DNA of 64,000 nt from Victivallales bacterium (GTDB taxonomy: Bacteria > Verrucomicrobiota > Lentisphaeria > Victivallales > UBA1829): positions 3,151 through 67,150 of the forward strand of contig JAZNXT010000057.1 in assembly GCA_045594005.1 (NCBI GenBank), given 5' to 3'. Position numbers and translations under genes: made by a program. Position 1 is the stretch's first letter. The number at the start of each line of letters is the position of its first letter. The notes under the pieces were generated by a model. That model saw only the letters and a list, made by a program, of their open reading frames with translations. It made no database searches and was not told where the DNA came from. Positions 9,790 to 18,161 of this stretch are shown piece after piece.

Positions 9790-10033
9790 AGATCAGCGCG
9801 GCGTTCCGGCTCTCCCTTGCACCGCACTTGCGGTGCAAGGGAGATGCTTTCAGTGCAGGAAGTATGCTTCCTTCCTGCGCTGAAAGCAAGTTCCGGCGGG
9901 GAAAAATTTCCCCGCCGGAACGCCGGAACGCCGCGCGACAGCATCAGATGAGGGACTCTCCTGCCACGGGTAAAGTTCCCTTACGGGACCTTCACCCGTG
10001 GTTATGCATCGTTTGACCCTCCGGGTCTTTTTT
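9790..10033 (+). ncRNA. Candidate structured RNA or structured extragenic element: a four-way junction, an extra hairpin and a plus-strand intrinsic terminator
   Basis: 9796-9809 is the exact reverse complement of 9923-9936. Three hairpins are enclosed: 9812-9843 (14-bp perfect stem), 9846-9887, and 9891-9920 (12-bp perfect stem). A further hairpin lies at 9964-10001. GACCC-TCC-GGGTC plus T6 at 10015-10033 is terminator-shaped only on the plus strand. No family recognised. Confidence 0.35.
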
Positions 10034-10084
10034 CATTGCAAATCATCAATGGTATCTCTCTTTGTTGAGAACAGAGCTTTTTTT

Positions 10085-10282
10085 TCAGAAACGGATCCGG
10101 CTGCGATCATCCTTTTCCCGCTCATCTTTTGTCCGGTGTTTCCGGCTCGGATGGAGTTTATCGTGTTTCCGGCTGGAATGACGGATCACATTTCCGGTGT
10201 GGATATTATCCCACGCGATCTCCTGATCGTTGTCGTTCAGCTGCTGAAGGATAACGGCGCGTGCATTGCGGATCTTTTTCAT
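10085..10282 (-). CDS. Hypothetical small basic protein (65 aa)
   Basis: The ATG is preceded by AAAGGGGGAC. The C-terminal half is highly basic. No homology recognised. Confidence 0.3.
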   Translation of the reverse strand: MKKIRNARAVILQQLNDNDQEIAWDNIHTGNVIRHSSRKHDKLHPSRKHRTKDEREKDDRSRIRF

Positions 10283-10370
10283 TTTTCTGTCCCCCTTTTT
10301 TCAGTGTTCCACAGTGTAAAGGGGACAGACAGCGTTTCAAACAGAAAAGTTTTTTTGCCGCATCCCTTTT

Positions 10371-11360
10371 TCAGCGGATCAGGAAATCCTCCGGCACAGG
10401 ACAGACAAGCGAGACGGGAGTACCGTCGAAAGGCGAAACAAAATGCAGTTCCCGTGCGTGGAGAGCCTGCCGTTCCATGCGGAGAAGATCGCGGTCAGCT
10501 CCGGTCATATTTCCTTCGATGAAACGGATGAAAATATTATCATCGGGTCCGTACATTTTATCACCTGCCAGCGGGAATCCCAGCGAACAGAGCGTGGCGC
10601 GGATCTGATGCAGTCTTCCGGTGCGGGGGACACATTCCACCAGAGAGAAACCATCCTGTTTTTTTAAACAACGGAAATGAGTTTCACAGGAGACGGCATC
10701 CTCTTCCGATCCGGAAAGTTCACGCACGAATTTGCGTTTTTTCATCACCGGCGAATCTTTGTCGTCGCACAAAAAACCTGCGGTATTCAATTCATCGGGA
10801 AAATCACCATAGACCAACGCGGAATAGACCTTTCTGATTTTTCCGTTTTCCTTTTCCTGAAAGAGCGCGGAAAGAAGTCCAGCCGCCTTCCCCGATCTTG
10901 CAAAAAGCGTAATCCCGGAAGTTTCCCGGTCAAGACGGTTCACGGGAAAAACATCATATCCCAGTTGAGTCTGAAGCAGCCGCTGAAGAGTGTTGTTGAA
11001 ATACCGTCCGGAGGGATGAACGGGCAGATCGCCGCATTTATCCACAGCGATCCAGTCCGGCGTCTGTGCGATTATGGAAAAATCGGTACGGACAGGCGGT
11101 TCCGCCACGGTATCTGCGGGAAAGATGAGTTCGATCTTTTCTCCGGCATGGAGTCCGCGGGAAGCGTGTGTTTTTCTTCCGTTCAACAGGATCTCACCGG
11201 AGCGGATACACTGCTGCCACGCGGTGCGGCTGCGGTAGGTGAAGCGTGCGGCAAGATACAGATCCAGCCGTACGCCTTCCGCCTCGTCGGGAACGGTACT
11301 GCAAATGATCCGGTCCTGCGTATCCGTTTTATTTTCTGTTGAAAATTGCGATTTTTTCAT
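10371..11360 (-). CDS. RluA-family 23S rRNA pseudouridine synthase (RluD-like) with an S4 domain
   Basis: 329 aa. S4-like RLDLYLAARF...GEILLNGRK, and the catalytic motif VNRLDRETSGITLFAR (HRLD-type Asp). Confidence 0.85.
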   Translation of the reverse strand: MKKSQFSTENKTDTQDRIICSTVPDEAEGVRLDLYLAARFTYRSRTAWQQCIRSGEILLNGRKTHASRGLHAGEKIELIFPADTVAEPPVRTDFSIIAQTPDWIAVDKCGDLPVHPSGRYFNNTLQRLLQTQLGYDVFPVNRLDRETSGITLFARSGKAAGLLSALFQEKENGKIRKVYSALVYGDFPDELNTAGFLCDDKDSPVMKKRKFVRELSGSEEDAVSCETHFRCLKKQDGFSLVECVPRTGRLHQIRATLCSLGFPLAGDKMYGPDDNIFIRFIEGNMTGADRDLLRMERQALHARELHFVSPFDGTPVSLVCPVPEDFLIR

Positions 11361-11439
11361 AACTCACATTTGCTTTTTCGGTTAAATAAAGTATAATATA
11401 GCACGAAAAAATGAAATTTGAAAGTCAGGAGAAAAAAAT

Positions 11440-12909
11440 ATGTTTCAATCTTTGACCGACCGGCTGCAAGGTGCGCTCAAACGCCTGCGCGGTCAAGCTG
11501 TGATCTCGGAATCCAATATTGCCGATGCCATGAACGATATCCGCGAAGCGTTGCTGGAAGCGGATGTGAATTTGGAAGTGGCAGATGAATTTGTCAATTC
11601 CGTGCGGACGGATTGTCTGGGTACGGATGTCCTCAAAAGTGTGACGCCCGGTCAGCAGGCTGTGAAGATCGTGTACGATCATCTGGTGGAACTCATGGGA
11701 TCCGGGGAAGCCCAACTCAACAGCGGAGCGAAACCCAATGTGATCATGATGGTGGGTCTGCACGGAAGCGGAAAGACCACGACCAGCGCAAAGATCGCGG
11801 CACATCTGAAGAAAAAAGGAAAAAGTGTGCTGCTTGCCGCGGCAGACGTTTACCGGCCTGCCGCCATCGACCAGCTGCAGGTGCTTGGCAATGAGATCGG
11901 CGTACCGGTCTATGCGGAGATCGGCAATCAGAATGTGCCGGCACTGGCGATGAACGCATTGCAGCAGGCAAGAAATACCAATGCGGATTATCTGATCATC
12001 GACACAGCAGGGCGGTTGGAGATCGACGATTCCATGGTGCAGGAACTCATTCAGGTGAAACAATTTGTCAATGCCGGTGAGATCCTGCTGGTGGCAGATG
12101 CGGCACTCGGTCAGCAGGCGGTATCGGTGGCGCGTCACTTCCACAGTGCATTGGATCTGACGGGGATCGTGCTGACGAAACTGGATGGTGACGCCCGGGG
12201 CGGAGCCGCGCTTTCCATCCGGAAAGTCACAGGCTGTCCGGTCAAATTTGTCGGTCGCGGCGAAAATATTGAAGATCTGGATATATTCTATCCCGACCGT
12301 ATGGCATCCCGTATTCTGGGGATGGGCGATATTGTTTCACTGGTGGAAAAAGCGGCAGATGAGATCGACCGTGAAGAAGCGGAGAAACTGGAAAAGAAAC
12401 TGCGGAAGAACCAGTTTGATTTCAACGATTTTCTCGGTCAGCTCCGGCAGATGCAGCGGATGGGCGGCATTGAATCGATTTTGAAATTTCTGCCCGGAGG
12501 CGATCAGATCGCCAATATGCCGGGATTCGATACCAGCAAATTCCGTTACACGGAAGCGATCATCTGCTCCATGAACAAAAAAGAACGGGAAAATGCCGAT
12601 ATCATCGATATGCCCCGCAGAAGACGTATTGCAAAAGGTTCCGGCAGACCGGTGGAAGAAGTATCCCAGCTCATCAAACAGTTCACCATGATGAAAAAGA
12701 TGATGGGCAATCAGGGGATGATGTCCAAACTGATGGGCGGTCTTTCCGGTCTTTTCGGCGGCGGCATGGGCGGTCTCGGCGGTCTCGGCGGCATGGGCGG
12801 CATGGGCGGCGGTATGCGTATGCCTCCCGGCGGCATGGGCGGATTCGGTGGATTCGGCGGCGGACGCGGCAGTAATTACACTCCGCCGAAAAAGAAACGC
12901 AAAAAATAA
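11440..12909 (+). CDS. ffh: Signal recognition particle protein Ffh (SRP54)
   Basis: 489 aa. MFQSLTDRLQGALKRLRG N-terminus, GLHGSGKTTT, TKLDGDARGGAALS, and an M domain. It ends in a Gly/Met-rich tail followed by KKKRKK. Confidence 0.95.
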   Translation: MFQSLTDRLQGALKRLRGQAVISESNIADAMNDIREALLEADVNLEVADEFVNSVRTDCLGTDVLKSVTPGQQAVKIVYDHLVELMGSGEAQLNSGAKPNVIMMVGLHGSGKTTTSAKIAAHLKKKGKSVLLAAADVYRPAAIDQLQVLGNEIGVPVYAEIGNQNVPALAMNALQQARNTNADYLIIDTAGRLEIDDSMVQELIQVKQFVNAGEILLVADAALGQQAVSVARHFHSALDLTGIVLTKLDGDARGGAALSIRKVTGCPVKFVGRGENIEDLDIFYPDRMASRILGMGDIVSLVEKAADEIDREEAEKLEKKLRKNQFDFNDFLGQLRQMQRMGGIESILKFLPGGDQIANMPGFDTSKFRYTEAIICSMNKKERENADIIDMPRRRRIAKGSGRPVEEVSQLIKQFTMMKKMMGNQGMMSKLMGGLSGLFGGGMGGLGGLGGMGGMGGGMRMPPGGMGGFGGFGGGRGSNYTPPKKKRKK

Positions 12910-12928
12910 TCCGGGAGAAAATTAAGAC

Positions 12929-14098
12929 ATGGCGGAACAGAAAAGACCTCTTATCTGGATCATGGCTGGAGAATCCAGCGGCGATCTTTACGGCGCACAT
13001 ATTGCCACTGAATTGAAAAAACTGAATCCGGATTGCGATATCAAAGGGATGGGCGGTGTGAAGATGAAAGCCGCCGGAGTGGATATTCTGGTGGACTCCA
13101 CTGAACTGGGAGTGATCGGGATCATTGAAGTGCTGGGCAGTATTTTCAAATTCATCAAAATCATGCTGTACTGTGTCCGCGAAGCAAAAAAACAGCGGCC
13201 CGATGCCGTGTTGATGGTGGATTATCCCGGATTCAATATCCGTTTTGCCAAACGGTTGTGGAAACTGGGGATCCCTGTGATCTGGTATATCAGTCCCCAG
13301 GTATGGGTATGGCGGAAATCCAATATTCCGAAATATGCAAAATATTGCAAAAAAATGCTGGTGATCTTCCCCTTTGAACCGGAAGTATGGAAAGGCAGCG
13401 GGCTGGATGTGGAATTTACCGGACACCCCCTTATCGAAGTGGTGCGCGACCGCACAAATCCGGCGATCCGGCGGGATCCCGACCGTCTTCTGCTGCTCCC
13501 CGGCAGCCGGAAAAGCGAAACGAGCCGTCTTGTGTTCCCCTTCCTTGCCACGGCGGCGATCATGAAAGAACGGCATCCGGAAATGAAATTTGCCATTTCC
13601 GCACCGCGGGAAAAGACTTATCGTGACATCTGCCGCTATGTGGAGCAGTTCCGGAAAAAGAATCCGGAAATCAAACTGCCGGAACTGGAGATCAGTTACG
13701 GTGAAACTGCCCGCTGGATGCAGGAGGCGACTGCCGGACTTGCCGCGTCGGGAACGGTCACGGTGGAATCAGCCATTGCGGATCTGCCGCTGGTGGTGGC
13801 ATACCGGCTCAATCCCATTACATTCCAGATGGCACGGTGGATCATCGGGAAACTTTTCCGCGGCTATTTCACCATGCCGAACATCATTCTGGATAAATGT
13901 GTATTTCAGGAATTTCTTCAGTTTCAGGTAGTTCCGGAAGATCTTGCCGATGCCCTTGATAAGATCCTGCCCGGCGGTGAACGGCGCACACAGGTGGATG
14001 CGGATATGCAGGAAATGCGCGATGCGCTCTCCTGCGGTGCTGAAAACGCCACAGCCCGTGCGGCGGCGGCGATCCTGGATGTGATCAGCAAGGCTTGA
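12929..14098 (+). CDS. lpxB: Lipid-A-disaccharide synthase
   Basis: 389 aa. N-terminus LIWIMAGESSGDLYGAHIATELKK, with full-length LpxB-like organisation. Confidence 0.9.
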   Translation: MAEQKRPLIWIMAGESSGDLYGAHIATELKKLNPDCDIKGMGGVKMKAAGVDILVDSTELGVIGIIEVLGSIFKFIKIMLYCVREAKKQRPDAVLMVDYPGFNIRFAKRLWKLGIPVIWYISPQVWVWRKSNIPKYAKYCKKMLVIFPFEPEVWKGSGLDVEFTGHPLIEVVRDRTNPAIRRDPDRLLLLPGSRKSETSRLVFPFLATAAIMKERHPEMKFAISAPREKTYRDICRYVEQFRKKNPEIKLPELEISYGETARWMQEATAGLAASGTVTVESAIADLPLVVAYRLNPITFQMARWIIGKLFRGYFTMPNIILDKCVFQEFLQFQVVPEDLADALDKILPGGERRTQVDADMQEMRDALSCGAENATARAAAAILDVISKA

Positions 14099-14261
14099 TG
14101 CTCTTTTTTGCAGCGGTACCGTATCGTTTCTTTTCCCGTGCGGCGGCTTCAAAGATCCCGAACCGGGCATCGAAATCCATCCGTTGTGCATAAGTCAGGC
14201 GGCGGTGGCGGTATTTTTCCATCAACTGCCGGAATGTGCGTTTTCTTTCAAAATCGTCCAT
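14085..14261 (-). CDS. Hypothetical small basic protein (58 aa)
   Basis: ATG 14261 is preceded by GGAGGA at about 9 nt. It is convergent with lpxB and overlaps its 3' end by 14 nt. No homology recognised. Confidence 0.35.
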   Translation of the reverse strand: MDDFERKRTFRQLMEKYRHRRLTYAQRMDFDARFGIFEAAAREKKRYGTAAKKSIKPC

Positions 14262-14378
14262 AAAAAAAATCCTCCGTGTTTTTTTGAAAGCGTCAAAAAA
14301 ATCATGCTGCGGCATTTGATTTTTTGTTGCGGAGATGTTATATTTTCCCCATACAGGAATATACAGAAAGGACCTGCG

Positions 14379-15632
14379 ATGAAGACCGGATTTTTTTCAT
14401 TTTTATTTGTTGCGGCAATGCTGCTTTTCTCCTCCCTCCACGCACAGGATCTGATCCGGCAGACCGTTCCGGAAACATTGGTGCGGGAGGGGATCATGTC
14501 CGTTTCACGGGGCGTGGGGTTCCTGTTGAAAAAACAGAACAGCGATGGTTCGTTCTGCGATGATCCCGCCATTACGGCACTGTGCATGATGGCGATCGAC
14601 CGCGCAGGTGAAGCAGTCCCGGCAGAAAAACGGGATGCGGCGATCAACAAAGCCCGGGCATATATTTTGAAATTTGTGCAGAAAGACGGTTCCATTCAGA
14701 TCCCCGGCAGACGCCGCGCTTATCCCACTTACAGCACCGCCATTGCGCTGACTGCGTTGGCGACATTGCGCCGTGCGGAAGATAAGGAAATCATGCTGAA
14801 AGCCCGGAAATTTCTGCTGTCACTCCAGCTGGATGAAGACAATGCAGACAGACCGACGAAAAAAGACGATCCCAAATACGGCGGCTTCGGATACGGACCG
14901 GGAAAACGGGGTGCGGGCCATGTGGATCTCTCCAACACGCAATGGGTTGCAGAAGCGTTGCACGCCTCGGAATATCTGCTCCGCGAACCGGAAAAAGCAG
15001 ATGCGGCAAGCATCAGGGAAAGTGAATTGGCGTGGGATAAACTGGAACAGTTCGTCACAAAAATGCAGCATCTGCCGCAAACAAACAAGTCCGCATGGGT
15101 CGTCAGCAGTCCCGACGACGAAAATTACGGCGGTTTTGTTTATCAGACAGAAATGAATGTGCCGGGCGGACGCGGCGACAGAGGCGGACGCGGCGGCGGT
15201 GAAGAAACAGCGGTAAACATCAAAACCGGCAGAGCGCAAACCTTGCGTTCCTACGGGAGCATGACTTATGCCGGACTGAAAAGCATGATCTACGCCAAAG
15301 TGAAAAAGGATGATCCCCGCGTGAAAGCCGCGATCGGATGGGCGCACAAACATTATACCCTCGACGAAAATCCCGGTCTTGGTTCGGCAGGACATTATTA
15401 TTATCTCCAGACTTTTGCAAAAGCACACAGCGCACTGGGGATGGATGAGATCACCACGGCGAAGGGCGAAAAACGGAACTGGCGGGCGGATGTCATCGGT
15501 AAATTGCTGTCACTCCAACGGGAAAACGGCGAATGGTACAATGAAAACAACCGCTACATGGAACGGTTGAGCGAACTGGTGACCGCATATTGTCTGATCA
15601 CTATGGAATTTGCTCTTGCCGGAGAACTCTGA
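14379..15632 (+). CDS. Secreted prenyltransferase/squalene-oxidase-repeat (terpenoid cyclase fold) protein
   Basis: Start moved to ATG 14379 (AGAAAGGA upstream), giving the signal peptide MKTGFFSFLFVAAMLLFSSLHA. Repeats of the Q..DGS/GGFGY/ENGEW type are typical of this family. Confidence 0.6.
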   Translation: MKTGFFSFLFVAAMLLFSSLHAQDLIRQTVPETLVREGIMSVSRGVGFLLKKQNSDGSFCDDPAITALCMMAIDRAGEAVPAEKRDAAINKARAYILKFVQKDGSIQIPGRRRAYPTYSTAIALTALATLRRAEDKEIMLKARKFLLSLQLDEDNADRPTKKDDPKYGGFGYGPGKRGAGHVDLSNTQWVAEALHASEYLLREPEKADAASIRESELAWDKLEQFVTKMQHLPQTNKSAWVVSSPDDENYGGFVYQTEMNVPGGRGDRGGRGGGEETAVNIKTGRAQTLRSYGSMTYAGLKSMIYAKVKKDDPRVKAAIGWAHKHYTLDENPGLGSAGHYYYLQTFAKAHSALGMDEITTAKGEKRNWRADVIGKLLSLQRENGEWYNENNRYMERLSELVTAYCLITMEFALAGEL

Positions 15633-15757
15633 TCCGCTTCTCTTTCCTGATCGGATTGTTTTTTGTGATTTTTTCTTTTGTTTACTTGAAAAATAGGGAT
15701 TGACGGCGTATTTTATATGTTTAAGTAAGTAAACAACCGAAGGGACAGAGAAATATT

Positions 15758-16858
15758 ATGATGACCGTAGAAGAGATCCGACAGAAAGGCCGGGATGTGA
15801 TCGAACGCCTGGAAGGTCTTTCTTCATTTTTGAAGATCGACGAAACCAAAGAAAAGATCAAAGAAATCGAAGGCATTATGGCACAGCCGGATTTCTGGGA
15901 CAACAAGGAAAGCGCACAGGCGACCGTACAGAGTTTGTCTGCCTGCAAAAATGTGCTGGAGCCTTACAACACCCTGCACCGCGAAGCCGATGATTTTCTT
16001 GCCATTGCCGAACTTGCGGCAGAAGATGAAGCGTTTTTGGAAGAAGCCGACGGCGCATGGAGCCAGTTGAGCGAACATTTGGATAAACTGGAACTGATGA
16101 GTTTCCTTTCCGGAAAATTTGACCGCAACAACGCTTATTTCTACATCCATGCCGGAGCCGGCGGAACAGAATCCTGCGACTGGGCAAGTATCCTGCTGCG
16201 TATGTACCGCCGCTGGTTTGAACGCCGCGGCTGGTCCGATGAGATCATTGATATGCAGCCGGGTGATGAAGCGGGGATCAAAAGTGCAGTCCTCAAAGTC
16301 ACCGGGGATTTTGCCTACGGGTATATCAAAGCGGAACGGGGAATCCACCGTCTGGTGCGTATTTCGCCCTTTGACAGCAATGCGCGGCGGCACACCTCCT
16401 TTGCGTCTGCGGAAGCCTTTCCCGAACTGGATGAAGAGATCGATATCGAAGTGGAGGAAAAAGATCTGCGTGTGGATACCTACCGTGCCTCCGGTGCAGG
16501 CGGTCAGTATGTGAACAGAACGGACAGTGCAGTCCGGATCACCCACTTGCCCACCGGTGTGGTGGTGGCGTGTCAGGTGGAACGCTCCCAACACAAGAAC
16601 CGCGCCATGGCATTGAATATGTTGAAAGCGCGTCTGTATGAATTGGAAGAAGAAAAACGCCGCCGTGAAGCGGCACAGATCTCCGGGGACAAAGCCGAGA
16701 TCGGCTGGGGCAGTCAGATCCGCTCCTATGTACTCCAACCGTATCAGATGGTCAAAGACCTGCGCACGGATGTGGAAACCGGCAATACAGCGGCGGTGCT
16801 GGACGGCGATATCGATATGTTTGTGGAAGCCTGGCTGAAACAGCAGGGCGGCAGATAA
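15758..16858 (+). CDS. prfB: Peptide chain release factor 2, encoded in a single frame
   Basis: 366 aa. SPF tripeptide (RISPFDS), and the GGQ motif (SGAGGQYVNRTDSAVRITHLPTG). No in-frame UGA or frameshift site near codon 25. Confidence 0.93.
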   Translation: MMTVEEIRQKGRDVIERLEGLSSFLKIDETKEKIKEIEGIMAQPDFWDNKESAQATVQSLSACKNVLEPYNTLHREADDFLAIAELAAEDEAFLEEADGAWSQLSEHLDKLELMSFLSGKFDRNNAYFYIHAGAGGTESCDWASILLRMYRRWFERRGWSDEIIDMQPGDEAGIKSAVLKVTGDFAYGYIKAERGIHRLVRISPFDSNARRHTSFASAEAFPELDEEIDIEVEEKDLRVDTYRASGAGGQYVNRTDSAVRITHLPTGVVVACQVERSQHKNRAMALNMLKARLYELEEEKRRREAAQISGDKAEIGWGSQIRSYVLQPYQMVKDLRTDVETGNTAAVLDGDIDMFVEAWLKQQGGR

Positions 16859-16902
16859 GAGAATCAACAACAATCTTAACGCGAAAGCGAAAGGAAAAAG
16901 TT

Positions 16903-18144
16903 ATGAGCAATATTGTTAAAATCGGTATGATCGGTCTGGGTGCAAGAACTGAAACACTCCTTGCCACCATGTTTGAACTGCAGAATGAAGTGGAGATCAC
17001 AGCGATCTGCGATTTTCTGGATGCGCGTATTGAAAAGATCCACAGTATTTTTGACAAGCACAACTGCAAACGCCCGAAAGCCTACAAAGATTACCGCGAA
17101 CTTATTAAAGATCCCAATGTGGATGCGGTGCTGGTCCCCACCAGCTGGAACAGTCATCTCAAGATCGCAAAAGACGCGATGGCAGCGGGAAAATATGCGG
17201 GGATCGAAGTTGGCGGAGCATCCAGTCTGGATGAACTCTGGCAGTTGGTCCACGCGTCTGAAGAAACCGGTGTTTCCTGTATGATGCTTGAAAACTGCTG
17301 TTACGGCAGAAATGAATTGATGGTGTTGAATATGGCACGCAAAGGTATGCTGGGTGAACTGGTGTATTGCGAATGCGGCTATGAACACGATCTGACGGAA
17401 ATGACCTACAATCACACCCGGAACGAACGGGAAATGCACAACCGTTTCCGGAACTGCGATCTTTATCCCACACACGGCTTGGGTCCCATTGCAAAGATTT
17501 TGCGTATCAACCGCGGCAACCGTTTCATCAGTCTGACCTCCCATGCGACGAAGGGTGTGGGTTTCGATACGGTTGCAAAAGAACACGGAGTGGATAAACA
17601 TTATAACATCGGCGATGTGATCACCACCGTGATCAAATGTGCCAACGGCGAAAATATTGTGCTGACCCACGGGATCAGCCTGCCCCGTCCTTATTCCCGG
17701 GATTGCCGCGTTCAGGGAACCAAAGGGATCTGGCTGGAAGACGCAAAAAGTCTGTATATCCACGGGATCAGCCCGTGCTACGAAAAACTGGATATCGCCG
17801 GCAATCCCTACACCTGTCATGATTGGGAACCGGAAGAAAAATTCTACGAAGAATACGATCATCCCATCTGGAAAGAATTCCGGGATAATCAGATCGGCGG
17901 ACACGGCGGCATGGATGCGCTGGCTCTCCTTGCATTCTTTGATGCTGTCCGCAACCGCACCGTGACACCGATCGATGTGTACGATGTTGCCGCATGGATG
18001 GCGGTCACAACGCTCTCTGAACAGTCTATCGCGCTGGGATCCCAGCCGGTGGCGTTCCCGGATTTCACCGACGGAAAATGGATCGACCGCGAACCTGTCT
18101 TCCGCAACAAATGGTGTCTGGACGAAGTTTGTGAAGAACGGTAA
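16903..18144 (+). CDS. Gfo/Idh/MocA-family NAD-dependent oxidoreductase, GH109-like
   Basis: 413 aa. Rossmann start VKIGMIGLGART, and the C-terminal block QIGGHGGMDALALLAFFDAVRN is reminiscent of GH109 enzymes. No signal peptide. Confidence 0.7.
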   Translation: MSNIVKIGMIGLGARTETLLATMFELQNEVEITAICDFLDARIEKIHSIFDKHNCKRPKAYKDYRELIKDPNVDAVLVPTSWNSHLKIAKDAMAAGKYAGIEVGGASSLDELWQLVHASEETGVSCMMLENCCYGRNELMVLNMARKGMLGELVYCECGYEHDLTEMTYNHTRNEREMHNRFRNCDLYPTHGLGPIAKILRINRGNRFISLTSHATKGVGFDTVAKEHGVDKHYNIGDVITTVIKCANGENIVLTHGISLPRPYSRDCRVQGTKGIWLEDAKSLYIHGISPCYEKLDIAGNPYTCHDWEPEEKFYEEYDHPIWKEFRDNQIGGHGGMDALALLAFFDAVRNRTVTPIDVYDVAAWMAVTTLSEQSIALGSQPVAFPDFTDGKWIDREPVFRNKWCLDEVCEER

Positions 18145-18161
18145 ATCAAGGAGACCGGACA

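Noticed and set aside
9846-9887. Possible SRP (4.5S) RNA near ffh, because the minus strand reads GGAAGGAAGCA, as in the conserved SRP domain IV sequence.
   Set aside because: The flanking context does not form the required UCC-GGAA-GGA tetraloop helix with a symmetric loop; here the sequence is GCGCA-GGAAGGAAGCAUAC. The only terminator-like signal is on the other strand. The resemblance is an 11-nt coincidence.
9708-10016. Three ORFs of 78, 79 and 98 aa inside the structured element.
   Set aside because: They consist of translated hairpin arms, overlap each other on both strands, and have no Shine-Dalgarno-like sequences. The palindromic DNA explains the open frames.
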